Assembly (NCBI GenBank): GCA_027604505.1
Contig: JADIIX010000021.1
Span: 1-64,000, forward strand
DNA: 64,000 nt
DNA from: Gonapodya sp. JEL0774
Taxonomy: Eukaryota
Direction: 5' to 3'
Under the pieces are notes generated by a model. The model had not been told where the DNA came from. It saw only the letters and a program-made list of their open reading frames with translations, and made no database searches. Shown piece by piece: positions 9,539 through 21,326 of the stretch (the stretch's first letter is position 1; each line of letters opens with the position of its first letter). Both the position numbers and the translations under genes were made by a program.

Positions 9539-11098
9539 ATGGCTGTCCCAGCTCTCCTGGTCAAGCTGCCAACCAAACCTGGCCCTTACTCTCTCGAATC
9601 AAAAATTCTGAATCAGTTTCCGGAACTTCCGGACCCGGACTTTCTATCTTTCACGCGACGTCCGGACTTTTCTGGGCTGTTGAAAATAGCGTTTGTCAGT
9701 ACACGTTCAACACGAGGACAAATGTACAATATTGGAGACGCCGTGGGATCGCCCTTTCCAATCAACTCCCCTATCCCTCCAGGCACACTATTCGCCGTAT
9801 TTGAGTGGCTATGCGAGCAACGATACACCCATGTCCTCCTGAAGCCGGTTCTAGAGAGCTCATTCCCTTGGTCGAACCCCGGCTTTTACAGGACTGCAAT
9901 TCGATCACTCCTGGAGCACGTCCACACGCTCTTTGTACTGGTGCCGGACGAAGGAGGGAACTATTTTGTGAAAAGAATTTTACATGCCGTGATTGGGGAT
10001 CATGAATGCAAGAGGTCTAACTGCAAGATTGCTATGGAGAGCTGGTTTGACCCAACCAACATGATAGAATCAATGCTGGTGAAACGGAAAAAAGTCCTCA
10101 TTCACGACGGCAGTACTACCGTGAGCAATGGCTCTCGGTCTATAACAATTATGGAATCGTGGAATGCCTACTGCAAAGCTTTGATAGAGACGAGTGCGTT
10201 CGTTGTCTCTGCCATGGAGTTAAATGAGGTGAATAGGAAGATTGAACTCCTCGATGAAAGCAGGCAGCATGGATTTGGAAGGGCATTCCAGATCGCCCTA
10301 CATGCACACAGCGATGCAAATGGTGGTATCGTAGACGCTCTGAAGAGCGTCTGGATAATGCTAAGCAACCCCTTGGAGTGGCCACAGGACGGAGATTCTA
10401 GCGTCGTTCTGATGACAAAATTCTTGCGCAACCTGACGGAAGAGGAATGCGCCGCCATTGCCGTGATTGATTGCAGTCCCGCAACTGCTCTCCAACCAAG
10501 CTGGATGCCAAACTTTAAACGCTATTATGCTGGGGCAAAAGACTTGATCCTGGGTGGTGCTGAAACGCTGGACAAAACGCTCTCACCCAGAGTGCGAACA
10601 ATCACGCCAATTGCGCTTCGGCTACACATAAATGATGAGAACAGAGTTGTTTCCGTACATCCAATTCCCAATAATTTCGAGCTATCAGCATCTCATTCCC
10701 GAGACTTGAATAAGATCTGCGAGAACAAAGGACTTTTTGCTTTGAGCGGAACTAACCCGCTAACATGGCTGGCGCTGTTCAACCTATCAGAGTACAAGGC
10801 CGTCAGTCGGCGTTTAAATGAAAGCTTACGGACCTGTAAGGTAGTACTGGCCTCCAACCAGACAGTGTCACTAAGCGGATCACCTGATGTCACAATTCAA
10901 CCCGGGCACATCCTTGTGTACATGGGCCGGGAAAGCGGTTCGTGGCCATTTGATCTTGGCCATGCTGTAATGGCCGTGCGCCTCGAGGATAATTTCGGCC
11001 GAGTTACCAAGGTTGGCGCCTTCTCAGCAGACGCGCCACTTACCAATGTGCCGAGGAATCGCGTCTTAAGCGAGCGTGGCAGCTGGACAGTTGAGTAG
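9539..11098 (+). CDS. Hypothetical protein, ~520 aa, intronless, unknown function
   Basis: Uninterrupted ORF of complex, globular-looking composition (ORF track 9470-11098; first ATG at 9539). No motif recognised. Confidence 0.7.
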   Translation: MAVPALLVKLPTKPGPYSLESKILNQFPELPDPDFLSFTRRPDFSGLLKIAFVSTRSTRGQMYNIGDAVGSPFPINSPIPPGTLFAVFEWLCEQRYTHVLLKPVLESSFPWSNPGFYRTAIRSLLEHVHTLFVLVPDEGGNYFVKRILHAVIGDHECKRSNCKIAMESWFDPTNMIESMLVKRKKVLIHDGSTTVSNGSRSITIMESWNAYCKALIETSAFVVSAMELNEVNRKIELLDESRQHGFGRAFQIALHAHSDANGGIVDALKSVWIMLSNPLEWPQDGDSSVVLMTKFLRNLTEEECAAIAVIDCSPATALQPSWMPNFKRYYAGAKDLILGGAETLDKTLSPRVRTITPIALRLHINDENRVVSVHPIPNNFELSASHSRDLNKICENKGLFALSGTNPLTWLALFNLSEYKAVSRRLNESLRTCKVVLASNQTVSLSGSPDVTIQPGHILVYMGRESGSWPFDLGHAVMAVRLEDNFGRVTKVGAFSADAPLTNVPRNRVLSERGSWTVE

Positions 11099-11104
11099 AG
11101 GAAA

Positions 11105-11200
11105 TTCCTCTGCAGGCAAGAATGAGTACCACAGTGCGTGTGTGCGCGTGCGCTTCCTTCCTCTGCAGGCAAGAATGAGTACCACAGTGCGTGTGTGCGC
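11105..11200. repeat. Perfect 43-bp direct duplication (11105-11147 and 11158-11200)
   Basis: ttcctctgcaggcaagaatgagtaccacagtgcgtgtgtgcgc occurs twice, separated by 10 bp. Confidence 0.95.
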
Positions 11201-12253
11201 CTGTTGCGGATGGAACAGCACACCAGATTGTTGCTATTTGTATTTTGAAAAGGAACGTGACATTCACAATCATGAAGCTATATCTGGACGCGTTTCATTA
11301 ATCTTTAAGCTCCTGAAAAGGACAAAGGTGAGCTGGGACAACTACAATTTGAAATCTGCTCTCAAGCACCGGGTAGGGCACCAGGACGAGTCCCCTGAGA
11401 GTTACTGTCAACTATGATAGTTTCCGTTTTTGAGCACGGAACGTACGGAGCTGATGGTTTATAAAACGTCTCGTTGATCTCCATTCGCGTCCAACCAGTT
11501 AAAAGATTAACAGGTGGTCACGACATTTGGGAGTTTCTAAATTGGCGTTCAAGAATCGTAACATTGTATCAATGCTATGCCACGGCCGTTCGCGGTGGAG
11601 TTCCGCATCTGAGACACTCAGAGTATTCGCTTTAGGATTTGAAAGGATTCTGCATCAAACAGTAGTGCTTCTAGAGTCTAGAGCAAAGGCCGGGTTCAGT
11701 CCCGACGAAAATGGAAGCCAGGATGCCAATCGCTATCATCATGTGAGCAAGGTTCAAACTGCAACACCGTGGAAGAGAGAAAATTCCACAATTAACGTGA
11801 AGTTCTCTGCGGAGGATTGACTGAGGACTTGCATTGTGATTCTTCGAGCCTCGTGATGAGGTTCAACCTGATGGGAATGCGCTCTTTGAGTAATTGAGTT
11901 GGATGAAGAGGTTTTTGAAATTAACTGGCACAAGAGCGGACGGTTGGCGAACATTTGATTGTACTTGAGAATAATTCAGATCGCGTCATTTGCCAAGCAA
12001 CCTGAAATTGTACAACGATGGGATCAGCGATCGCCTTTCCCTTGCCGGATTCCCGGTGAATCCATCTCCACAGTCTAATTTAACTGCACCGCTGCTGAAC
12101 CGAATCCGATCCCAAATTCATTCAAATAGATTGACGTCGAGTTAATCGATTCATCGCCGAATCGATCCGTTGTGGCTCTTTTGCGCGATTCTGAATTCGC
12201 GTCATTCCCTGGACTGTTGTGCTCGGAATCCACGCCGATCAAACCCACTCGCC

Positions 12254-15200
12254 ATGCGCGCTTCAGGTGTGTTCATCACCGTTGCTGATGCGGCATATGC
12301 GCACTCCCGTTCACGGCCGCGGTGGCGATCGACGTGCCTTCAACCTCCAGCGTCCCATCACCCCTTTCTTCTGCCCCTCCTCCTCCTCTTCGCGGCTCTG
12401 TCTCCCGCCGTAACCGCCCAGAGAGCAGGCAGAAGTCTCCTGCAGTCGATCGTCCAGGGTCCCTCCCCTGCGTCCTATCCCGTTCCCCAAGGAGTCCAAA
12501 TCCTCAACCTCGTTCCATCCTCGCAGTCCACTCCTCTGGCAAATACGTCATTCGGACAGTCGGTTACGTACATTGATATAGATGGCACTGGTACGCCAGA
12601 GATGGTTGTAGGTGCTCCAAGTGGGTAGCAGAGCCGCGAAGGAGGAACGAGCCCCACCGGGGCGCAACAAGTGTGAGAGGAGACAGTTAGCGACCAGGGA
12701 ACTTCACCACAAATGGCTGGTATTGTGAGCGTAGCGGGATGGTCCTGACGAGATGGTGCGACCAGAGTGTAAAGTCCAGACTGAACGCCGAATCCGTGAT
12801 TTCATTGTCGGAAACCCTTGTGTTTAAACGGCCAGACCGTGTGTGTCCCAAAGGAGTATCGTATTTTACACATCCATTCGTGTGTGGGAGCGCTCATTTC
12901 ATTCGGCTTTTATGCTCACCGCCCTTTCACTCTCCCCCCGAATCCCCACCTTCCACCTCCCTCACTTTCTTCCACACTACGCGCTCACCCAGGCTGGAAC
13001 GGAACTGGAGCCGTCCTCATCTTTACACTAGACTCGTTCGGAGTTCCCGTGGGTCTCCTCGCTTCTTTTCGTTCCTCGGCGTCTCCTAAGCTCATCTCAT
13101 AACCCATCAAATCATAGAACGTCACCAACTACACTGTCATCACCCACGGAATGACCAACATAAGTATCTCCTCTGCGACTCAGTTCGGCTGGTCTGTCTT
13201 CCCCATGGGGGATCTCGACGGGGACGGCAACGTGGACTTGCTCGTGCGGGCGGGAGCCTCAGGTATGTTGTGTGTTTGAGGGGGCTTGGTTGGCAGGGTC
13301 GCGGGAGTGGAGGGATGGGGGAGCGTGGTACTCCGTGATAGAGGCTGCGAAGGGATAACCACACTTCCACAGCGTGCAAGAGCGCTCAATAACGCCCATC
13401 GTTTTCCCACTCTTCCGTAACCCGCCCTCCAGCCCCCTTCGTCTACACCTCCACAGGCGCCAACACAGCCTCGTACCCCACCTCGGCTAACAAAACCTGG
13501 GGCGCTTCGTTCCAGTCCGTGGTTGTCATGATGGGAAAGAGCAACGGAGCGTATTTCGCGCGGAGAGCTTGTGTGCTCAGCGGAGTGGTGGTGAGTCGAG
13601 CTTTTGGTCTCCTCCTTGGGGTTCGTCGTTGGGTGTGGTACGGCAGATTGGAAATTGGGTGGGCAAGGCGAGGAGGGTTGGCGATATGGTTTGGTAGGGC
13701 ACCGAAGGCAACCCGACCGCGACTCCATTTCACCCGATCCGTCATGCTTGAGTGAACTCACTGACACACTCTCGTCCATTCCACCCATCCATCCTACCCC
13801 ATCCAATCCCTTTCTCATAGGGAAACTCTATCCCAATCGGAGACATTGACGGGAACGGGGTGAGCTAGTGGATCCAGACCGGACCGCACTCCATATGCAA
13901 TGTACCAACCGTTTCACGCCTTGACACAAACCCCCACGCTCACCGATTGTCACCGGCGCGCAACCCCGCAACCCCGCACACTGTGCTGTCTCAGGTCACC
14001 GACCTCCTCAGCACCTTCTACAACGCTACATCGGGGAAGGTCGTTCACCATTTCAACCGGATGGCGTACAACGTCACATCGGGGTGCCCGTACATGGTGG
14101 GGAGGTACTCGGCCGTGTCTGACGATTGGTAAGTGTGAGAGCTGTAAACTAAGTCTTCCGTCGCATTCGCGCGATGCTCACACTCCCCGTCGCCCGCCCT
14201 CCCTCCCCACCCCCCCACCCCCCCGGCCTCTCACCCCACTCGTCCCTCCAGGGCCACCAAGAACTACAACGGCACCATCCCCTACGCTAACCTCTCGTTC
14301 GGTCTCGGCGCAGGAACGTCAGAGTACCACCTGGTGAACACCATGTTCCCTGCCGGGAGGACAGACGCTGTGGGATCTGCGAATTGCTCGGATGTGGGGT
14401 TCTATCAGCCGGTCGTGAGGAATGGTGGGTTGTGGCGGAGGACTGAGGGTAGTGGGGGAAGGGGGGGGAGGGCTTGGCTGTTGTGGTATCACGTGGTCAT
14501 ATCCTTGGTTTTGGCTCGAGTGGCTCCGCCCGCGCCGCGATGTTTTGTGCTTTGGAGATGTCGTTGTGTCCTACCCCTATATCGCCAGTGTTCTTATGTC
14601 GTGCTCCTTCTCCTTCGCTGTCGGCTTCTCTAGGAACCTTCAACAACTTCACCGGAGGCATCATAGGCATCATTCAGCTCAACTGCGACAGGACCAACAA
14701 CAACTTGTCCCTGCCAGGAAGCTTGTTCAGGGGATGGAAGATTTTTGGTAAGTTCGGCCGAGGGGACGTGGTCCATGGAGGGTTGGTTAGTTCGATTAGT
14801 ATGAGTATGCTTCATTGATTTGGCTCCGTTTACTCCCCCAGGCTCAACGGGAAACTTTGGATCGGCTTCAGGTGAGGCTAAGTGCCAGATTAGTATACCG
14901 CTGGAGATAATGTGGTTCATCAACTCTTTCCTCTCCTACAGGAGTCTCTTGGTCTCGGGGTGTCCCGAATTCGTTTGGCAATTTCACCAACGGCGGTGAG
15001 ACTATTCTTTTTGTGTGGTGTTGTAACCTACTCTCAAGCCTCAGCGCCCCTCCGCCCTCCTTCTACAGGTGCGGTCTCCGCCAACGTTGCCCCTGTCTTG
15101 GTGCCTCCCACCTCCAGCGCCGTCCGAGCCAACTACAATTTCTCCACCTGGAATCAGTATCTCGTCCTTCAGTCCAGCTTCCCCGACGTGACCGTCGCAT

Positions 15201-18107
15201 CCCAGCAGCTTGGCGTCAAGTTGGTGTCTCTTAGCAAGAGCTCCAACGCCCTGGGCGACGTGGCTGATGTGTGGAACTCAACCGTCGACCAGCCTCTCGT
15301 GAATTCGTCGTTCCCGCAAGCGGACTTGATCACGTCAAGTTATGGAAACGTGAGGGCGTTGTGGACATGTCAAGGCGCGATATTAGGCTGGGTGGTCGTT
15401 CTGATGCTCTAAATGACATTCCTCGCAGTCGTACGGTGTCGGGATCGCCAATCTGGCTTCCAAAGAGAGTTATTTTCTGTACACTATCGTGAGTCGTATC
15501 TGCGGCGAGCTTCCGATTTCACCAGCTCAATGTTACTCGTGTTTTTCTTTGAAGGGAAAAGGCAATGCGGTTCCGGGACAGAACGGCCTACTGATGACGT
15601 TTAAACGTAGGTCCAGTGCATCTTTCAGTGAAAAGTACTTGAGTGTCAAAGTCATACTCTCTTTGAACATTTTTGTATCTTCTTTTGGCAGAATGTAAGC
15701 TTCTTAAATGTTTGCTCAATTTTCTTCTTGCTCATATTTACTTTTAACTTTCCACGTCCTCAGATCTCTGGTCGTGTCCGGCAAGTTGCGATGATTGCTC
15801 CAACAGTGCGAATTGTACTTCATGTCTTGCAGGTAAGCAAACCGCAGTTATGCAGATACAGCCTGTTCAGTGACCTTCGGCCGACGCGGCGTGTCTTTCG
15901 CAGGAAACTATCTTCAGGTTAATGGCACAAACATGACCTGCGCGGCGAGCTGCCCCCAAGCATTCTACGCAAACACGACGACCCAAAGCTGTGTCACCTG
16001 CTCAACGAATTGCACCAACTGCACGTCTGGAACAAACTGCACAACGTGCGCCACCGGTAAAGATTTAACTTCATCTAGCTTGTTTTGTTACCATTCTCTT
16101 CATCATTCGAGTTTCAGGTACTTTCCTCAATGCCACGACCGGCATGTGCTCCGGATGCTCTGCCAACTGTATATCTTGTACTTCAAGCGGCTGTTCCAAT
16201 TGCACCACAGGTGTGCGACGGATGTTTCAGTGGACAGAATTCTTTCAGTAGTCGCTCAATAATTTGTTTGAATCCTTGCCCAGGAACATACCTAAATGCG
16301 ACCAGTAAAACGTGCACTGCTTGTTCCGCGAATTGTACGGCTTGTAATTCGAACCAACAATGCACCAAATGCGCCTCTTGTAGGTTCTGCTCTGGTGTTC
16401 TGGTTGCGGTGTAATCATTCGGTTCACTAAAATTCGCATACTCGCTCGGGACAGCGTTTGTACTCAACCTTAATGGCACTTCTTGCACCAGCAACTGCTC
16501 TGTGGGAAGCTATCTTCCTCCAAACTCTACCACGTGCGCCGCGTGTACTGGAAACTGTTCAATGTGCTCAAGTAACAGCACCTGCAGCCAATGCTACCCT
16601 CGTAAGGATCAAACCTTGGAGCGGCTGTGATATCTCCCCCTTAACTCGTTCCCCGTCGACTCTATTCAGCTTATATATTTTGGAGAGGTGCTTGCATTAT
16701 GTCTTGCCCGAGTGGATATTACCAGTGGAACGCGTCGTCGACAAATATGACGTGTGCAAGTAAGTTCTCGAAGCAAATGCTCTTACCGCGCTATACTAGA
16801 GCAGAAGTTTTGTTTACTTTCGTTTAGGCTGCTCAGCGAACTGCACCACCTGTGACAGTTCGAACACGTGCTCTGCTTGCACAACGGACACCTTCCTCTG
16901 GAGCGATGGCACTTGCCAGACAACTGCTCAGCAGTCTCAATCAATTTTCTCAAACTACTATGTTGTAGGCGGGATTGCAGGTGGAGGTGCGCTGCTCCTT
17001 GGGCTCGGTGCAGTTGGCACTGTTCTCCTCGTCAAGAAGAGTAAGGCAAATCGCCTTTCAAAACAAAAGAAAGAAAAGGAAGACAAAGAGAAAGAAGAGC
17101 AATCCAAGAGGCTCAAAGATTTAGCGACAAGAGCGAATGCAGCTCCTGCGCCGACTGCTCAGACGACCCCGCGCTCACCGGGACCATCTGGACCACCCGG
17201 AGGAATGGCTAGCAGGAGTCCAATGAATGCAGGCCCTGAGTCTCGGGGCCCGATCCCCATGAATCAACAACAAGGTGGTGCGAGCGCTAACTTTACCGTA
17301 AGCTCTTTGTGTATATCCTTCATTCTTCTGCAAGATTTGACAAAATATCTCCGAAAAAACATACTGTAGGCCGACCAAGTTGCTGCTATCATGCAAATGA
17401 CAATGAATGCTTCATATGCAACCACGTCCCCACTTGTAGCAAGTGCAGGAAGCAATTTCCGAGGTCCACAGATGATTCCTCAGGATCAGGCACCCATGTC
17501 GCCAATGATGATGACCTCGGGACCAGCAATGAACGTATTTGCGTCGCGAGGCCCCACCAACGTTTTCGCTTCTCGTGGCAATGCCATGCAAACCCAGCCT
17601 CAAATGGCGAATCTCATGCAAACGCAGTTCTCAACCGTCGGCCAGACTGACTATGGTCCGGGACCGGCCGAGTACACCTCAGTTACACCTGCGTTCCAAC
17701 CCTCTGTAGCAATGCAGGCAATGGCGACCGGTAACTACAACATGCAACCCCAGCAGGCGAGGTCCATGGCGGCACCGGTCATGATGCAACGGTCAATGGG
17801 GCCCACAATGATGATGAACCCGAATCAAGGAATGATGTCGATGCAGCCCATGGGACAGGGCTATGGGATGCAGCAGATGGGCCAGCAACTGGGACAAGGT
17901 GGTTACGGAATGGCTTCTATGCCCATGATGCACGGAGGTGGTGGAATGCAAATGCAAGTGGCCGGTATGCCAATGCAGAATGGTGTCATGCCGATGCAAG
18001 GCGGAGGCATGCAGATGGGAATGGGAGCTCAACAGCAACAGCAACCGCAAAATGTGGGAGAAGAGTTTGATGACATGCTGAACCAATTGAACAACCTGCA
18101 GTCGTGA
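12254..18107 (+). CDS. Type I membrane protein: FG-GAP (integrin-alpha-like) repeats, furin-like Cys-rich repeats, TM helix, Met/Gln/Pro-rich tail; multi-exon
   Basis: Hydrophobic leader FLLPLLLLFAALSPAVTA. FG-GAP segments FGQSVTYIDIDGTGTPEMVVGAP, FGWSVFPMGDLDGDGNVDLLV and IGDIDGNG. CxxC repeats at 15770-16920. TM YYVVGGIAGGGALLLGLGAVGTVLLV-KK at ~16955-17040. Stop at 18107. Confidence 0.8.
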
Positions 18108-18292
18108 AGTACCGGTGCACGGGATGCTAACATAGGCCGTTCGAGAGAAACTAGCACCTTATGAGATGGAACAAGCAATGAACCCATCGATGTCTATTAA
18201 AATCAGTCAAACTTTTGTATGATAAAACGTATGATTGTTTCTGTGCGGCAATCGATCGGTTTTTCCTCTTGCCGCAGTCTCGCCCATTCTAT

Positions 18293-19835
18293 TCACATTT
18301 GATATGCCGAAAATGCGGCGCCCGCCAAACTCGCCACGCTAAGTTTTCCGACGTAAGCCAGCGGCGCAATCGTTGCCACGAGGGCGGGAATCATGATATC
18401 GTAAGTGTTGGTAGAGGGAGGGAAGATTTCACCGAGGATGAAAGTAAGTAGCATTCTACGAAGAAAGAGAAAAAGCGGTATCGGATATCCTGCTTTGGGG
18501 CAGCGAGAGAAATTGGGAAACACGAAAGCCACTCACCGGTTGATCAACCTCACTCGGAAGTCCCTCTCGAATACAATGGGTGTCGCACCGGCAACTGATA
18601 ACAGATAGTATGCTAGCCTGTGTTTGTACAGAGGCTCCCCAGTGGTGCGAAGCAGGTAGCATTGTCCCAATCGATGAAGGAACATGTTGGTGGACAGGAA
18701 CAGTGTTGACCTGAACCATCCTTCGATGAAGTCCTTGATATCTCTCAAGATTACTCGAATGACAAAAACGTAGAGCGGATCCTTGTGTTTCGACTTCCCA
18801 CCGCTCTGCTGACCGTTCTCAACCGCACCGTTGCTCGTGGGAGGTGACGTTGGGCCACCACCTAACGAGTTCCTGCGAACCTTTTCAATTACCGCGGGGA
18901 GTTGCTTTGGTAGGTTTGGCAGTTTCGACATGCCGCCAAAATAAGTCGACATTTCCACGGCAGAGTCGATCCGCTTGGGTTTTTCGTTTGCCTGCTGCTC
19001 CTTTTCACGCTCCAACCGCTCCTGTTCCGCTTTCCGCTCTCTTCGACGATGAAGGTAAGCCGAAAGCTGGCCGTAGAGGAAGCTCACTATTCGGACAACC
19101 ATGGTGTACACGTACTGAACCATGTAGAATCGGATGTCTTTGTGTGTTCAAAGGGTGAGAATAGCCCTCGGCGACGAACTGGTCCCATTGCGCACAATGG
19201 GAGGTGAACTCGTGACAACTCACAAATGTTGGAAACTTTTTGAACGGTGACGGGCCATTCGGAGAATGCGGCTGACGTGCAGTTTGGGTTGCCAGGGTGC
19301 AGTTGCGAGCATGAGTCCACAGTGACATATCGTCTTCCAATAGTGGGGTACATACTGATACGAAGTACAAAGTCAGTCGATCAAGTCCCGCGCGCTCGGA
19401 TGCTGCTCAACTTTACAACACCCACTTTCTGTCCAGCATTGCTCGGTACTTTTCAGTTAACGTCCGCCGTGAGCCGACAGTGTGACTGCAAGCGTACAAA
19501 ACAAAGACAAGGCCACGTTTAGCTGTGTAAGTTAGGTGGAAACTTCCGAGACAAAAGGCTTACAGGAGGATGAACATCGTGGGTTCCAAAAATCCAAAGT
19601 AAAACATGTGTTCGGTCCTCATCGAAATTTTGGAGTTGGGCAAAAACGACGATTGCAAGTATCGAAGAAGGACGAGGATGATGAAGTACTTGAGGGATCG
19701 TGCGGGAAAGGTTGCTGATACGTATTTTATCACGGGCGAGAGCCTGGTTGAAAGCTGTTGTAGGAGTGGTGCTGGTAAAGTGGAGAGGAGCGAGGAGGAC
19801 AAAGAAGACAACAGAGTCGACTGAGACGGCGCCAT
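18293..19835 (-). CDS. TMEM135/PMP52-like membrane protein; multi-exon
   Basis: CSQLHPGNPNC motif followed by several hydrophobic segments (RSTLFLS, YYLLSVAG, FERDFR). Splice signals are visible. Confidence 0.5.
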
Positions 19836-20453
19836 CGTCGATGGTTTTGAAGAGAATGGGAGCGTTTATATGGTCTGATGGGTTAACAGCGGCCTTGATG
19901 TTCCGATTCGATGCGAATATCTCCAGAGTATCTTTTACTCGTCAACTGGCGAACAAAGCGGCGCGAATGGCAGATTCCTTCCAGAATTCGAGTTGTGAAA
20001 GAAGACGGCGTTTCCAAACCGCGTCAAAACGTCGGTTTTCAATGAGACGTGAAAGTTGGATCAGCAGATGCGGAGGCAAAATGCACCGCTTACTCGGAAC
20101 CAGTGTTGCCTGCGAGGCGCACCTCATTCCCCCAAAACATCCTGTTTGCCAATTTATTTCTATTGTAAATGGCACCGAAGCTTTCATTATTCAGCCAACT
20201 CTCGTTATTTCTGTCTTTGTTTTGGTGCTCAGAAATGGATCATCTTTTCGCGGTTTGAAACAGACTCTGGATCCTCGACGCACGATCACGGTCTTTTGGA
20301 ATCACGGGAATCGTTTTCATTCAACATAACTCTGCACAGTATGCTGTACATTCACGCACTTTCTCTCGATTTCTCACTTATTTAAGATAGCACTCAAACA
20401 TAACTTAACTCCCTGCTTGCATGCTCCCAGACTGACGAGTGTCATAATAGTTA

Positions 20454-21326
20454 CTACACACCAGAATTGACTTCATTGCTGTTGAGAACTTTCGGTGCTT
20501 GGCTTGTGCTACCCTTGACTGGTCGCCCAATGCGAGTTTGATCGTTTCCACTCGACAAAGAAGGTCTGTGATCCGACGTAGGTATTGCGCTGGCCTTGTT
20601 CGATCCACCAGACCGCTTCTCAAGTTTGCTGTATACGCTCATGATGCAGTACAAAGCGCCCACGACGATGAAATCCGATGTTCCCATCTCCAAGATCTTG
20701 ACAAAGTTGATCTCCGCCAGCGGCTTGGGGAGTTCAGAGAGAAGCAAGACGGCTTCTGCAGTGGAGACAACCAGCGTGGCGAAAACGCATAGGTCGACGA
20801 TGAGCGAGATCCAGCTCATGTCGCTCTTGCGGCGCCGGTAGTCGGAAAGGACAAACAGGAATCTCCCCGACGCCACAACATCAACAGCGAGCTGCCACGT
20901 GTAAATGGGATACAAGGGCATGAGAGCGTAGAACATTTGGCAGCCCACAAAGACCGAGATAGATTGAATGACAATCAGCCAGGTTCCGTACCAGAGTGCA
21001 CTGAACACTCGCAAAGGGATTCGCAGCTTCTGTGGATAATCTGGAGTGACCATCTCGAATCGAACGAGAGCAATGTCGGTAAAGAGGAGCTTGGTGATAC
21101 CCCAGCAGATGTTGTTGAGGCGGGACCAGATTGCTTCGCATGCCCCCCTATTAGTTGTCACTGCAGTCATTACATTCGAAAGCATGCCAATGAAAATGGC
21201 TATACAGTCAGAAACAAAATGAAGGGGTTTCCGGCAGAGTATTGGGATGATTAATACAGTCAAGGAAGCAAGTGATGGAGGGCCCCCACCAGTAATGAAA
21301 ATAAGGTACAGGCCGTGCAAGAGCAT
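20454..21326 (-). CDS. Multi-pass (about 7 TM) GPCR-like membrane protein
   Basis: Six to seven hydrophobic segments, a Cys at the start of a TM3-like helix ending in IALVRF (DRY-like position), and a Ser-rich C-tail. Confidence 0.55.
   Translation of the reverse strand: MLLHGLYLIFITGGGPPSLASLTVLIIPILCRKPLHFVSDCIAIFIGMLSNVMTAVTTNRGACEAIWSRLNNICWGITKLLFTDIALVRFEMVTPDYPQKLRIPLRVFSALWYGTWLIVIQSISVFVGCQMFYALMPLYPIYTWQLAVDVVASGRFLFVLSDYRRRKSDMSWISLIVDLCVFATLVVSTAEAVLLLSELPKPLAEINFVKILEMGTSDFIVVGALYCIMSVYSKLEKRSGGSNKASAIPTSDHRPSLSSGNDQTRIGRPVKGSTSQAPKVLNSNEVNSGV

Noticed and set aside
9539..11098. Orphan ORF as TnpB/Fanzor partner of the serine recombinase (IS607-like element)
   Set aside because: No convincing RuvC D-E-D motifs or CxxC zinc finger are visible, and the orientation is divergent rather than tandem.
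11105..11200. CRISPR-like repeat-spacer
   Set aside because: Only two copies with a 10-bp gap, no cas genes, and a eukaryotic context.
19700..20329. 209-aa plus-strand ORF
   Set aside because: Overlaps the start and promoter of the minus-strand gene and has no protein-like motif; likely spurious.
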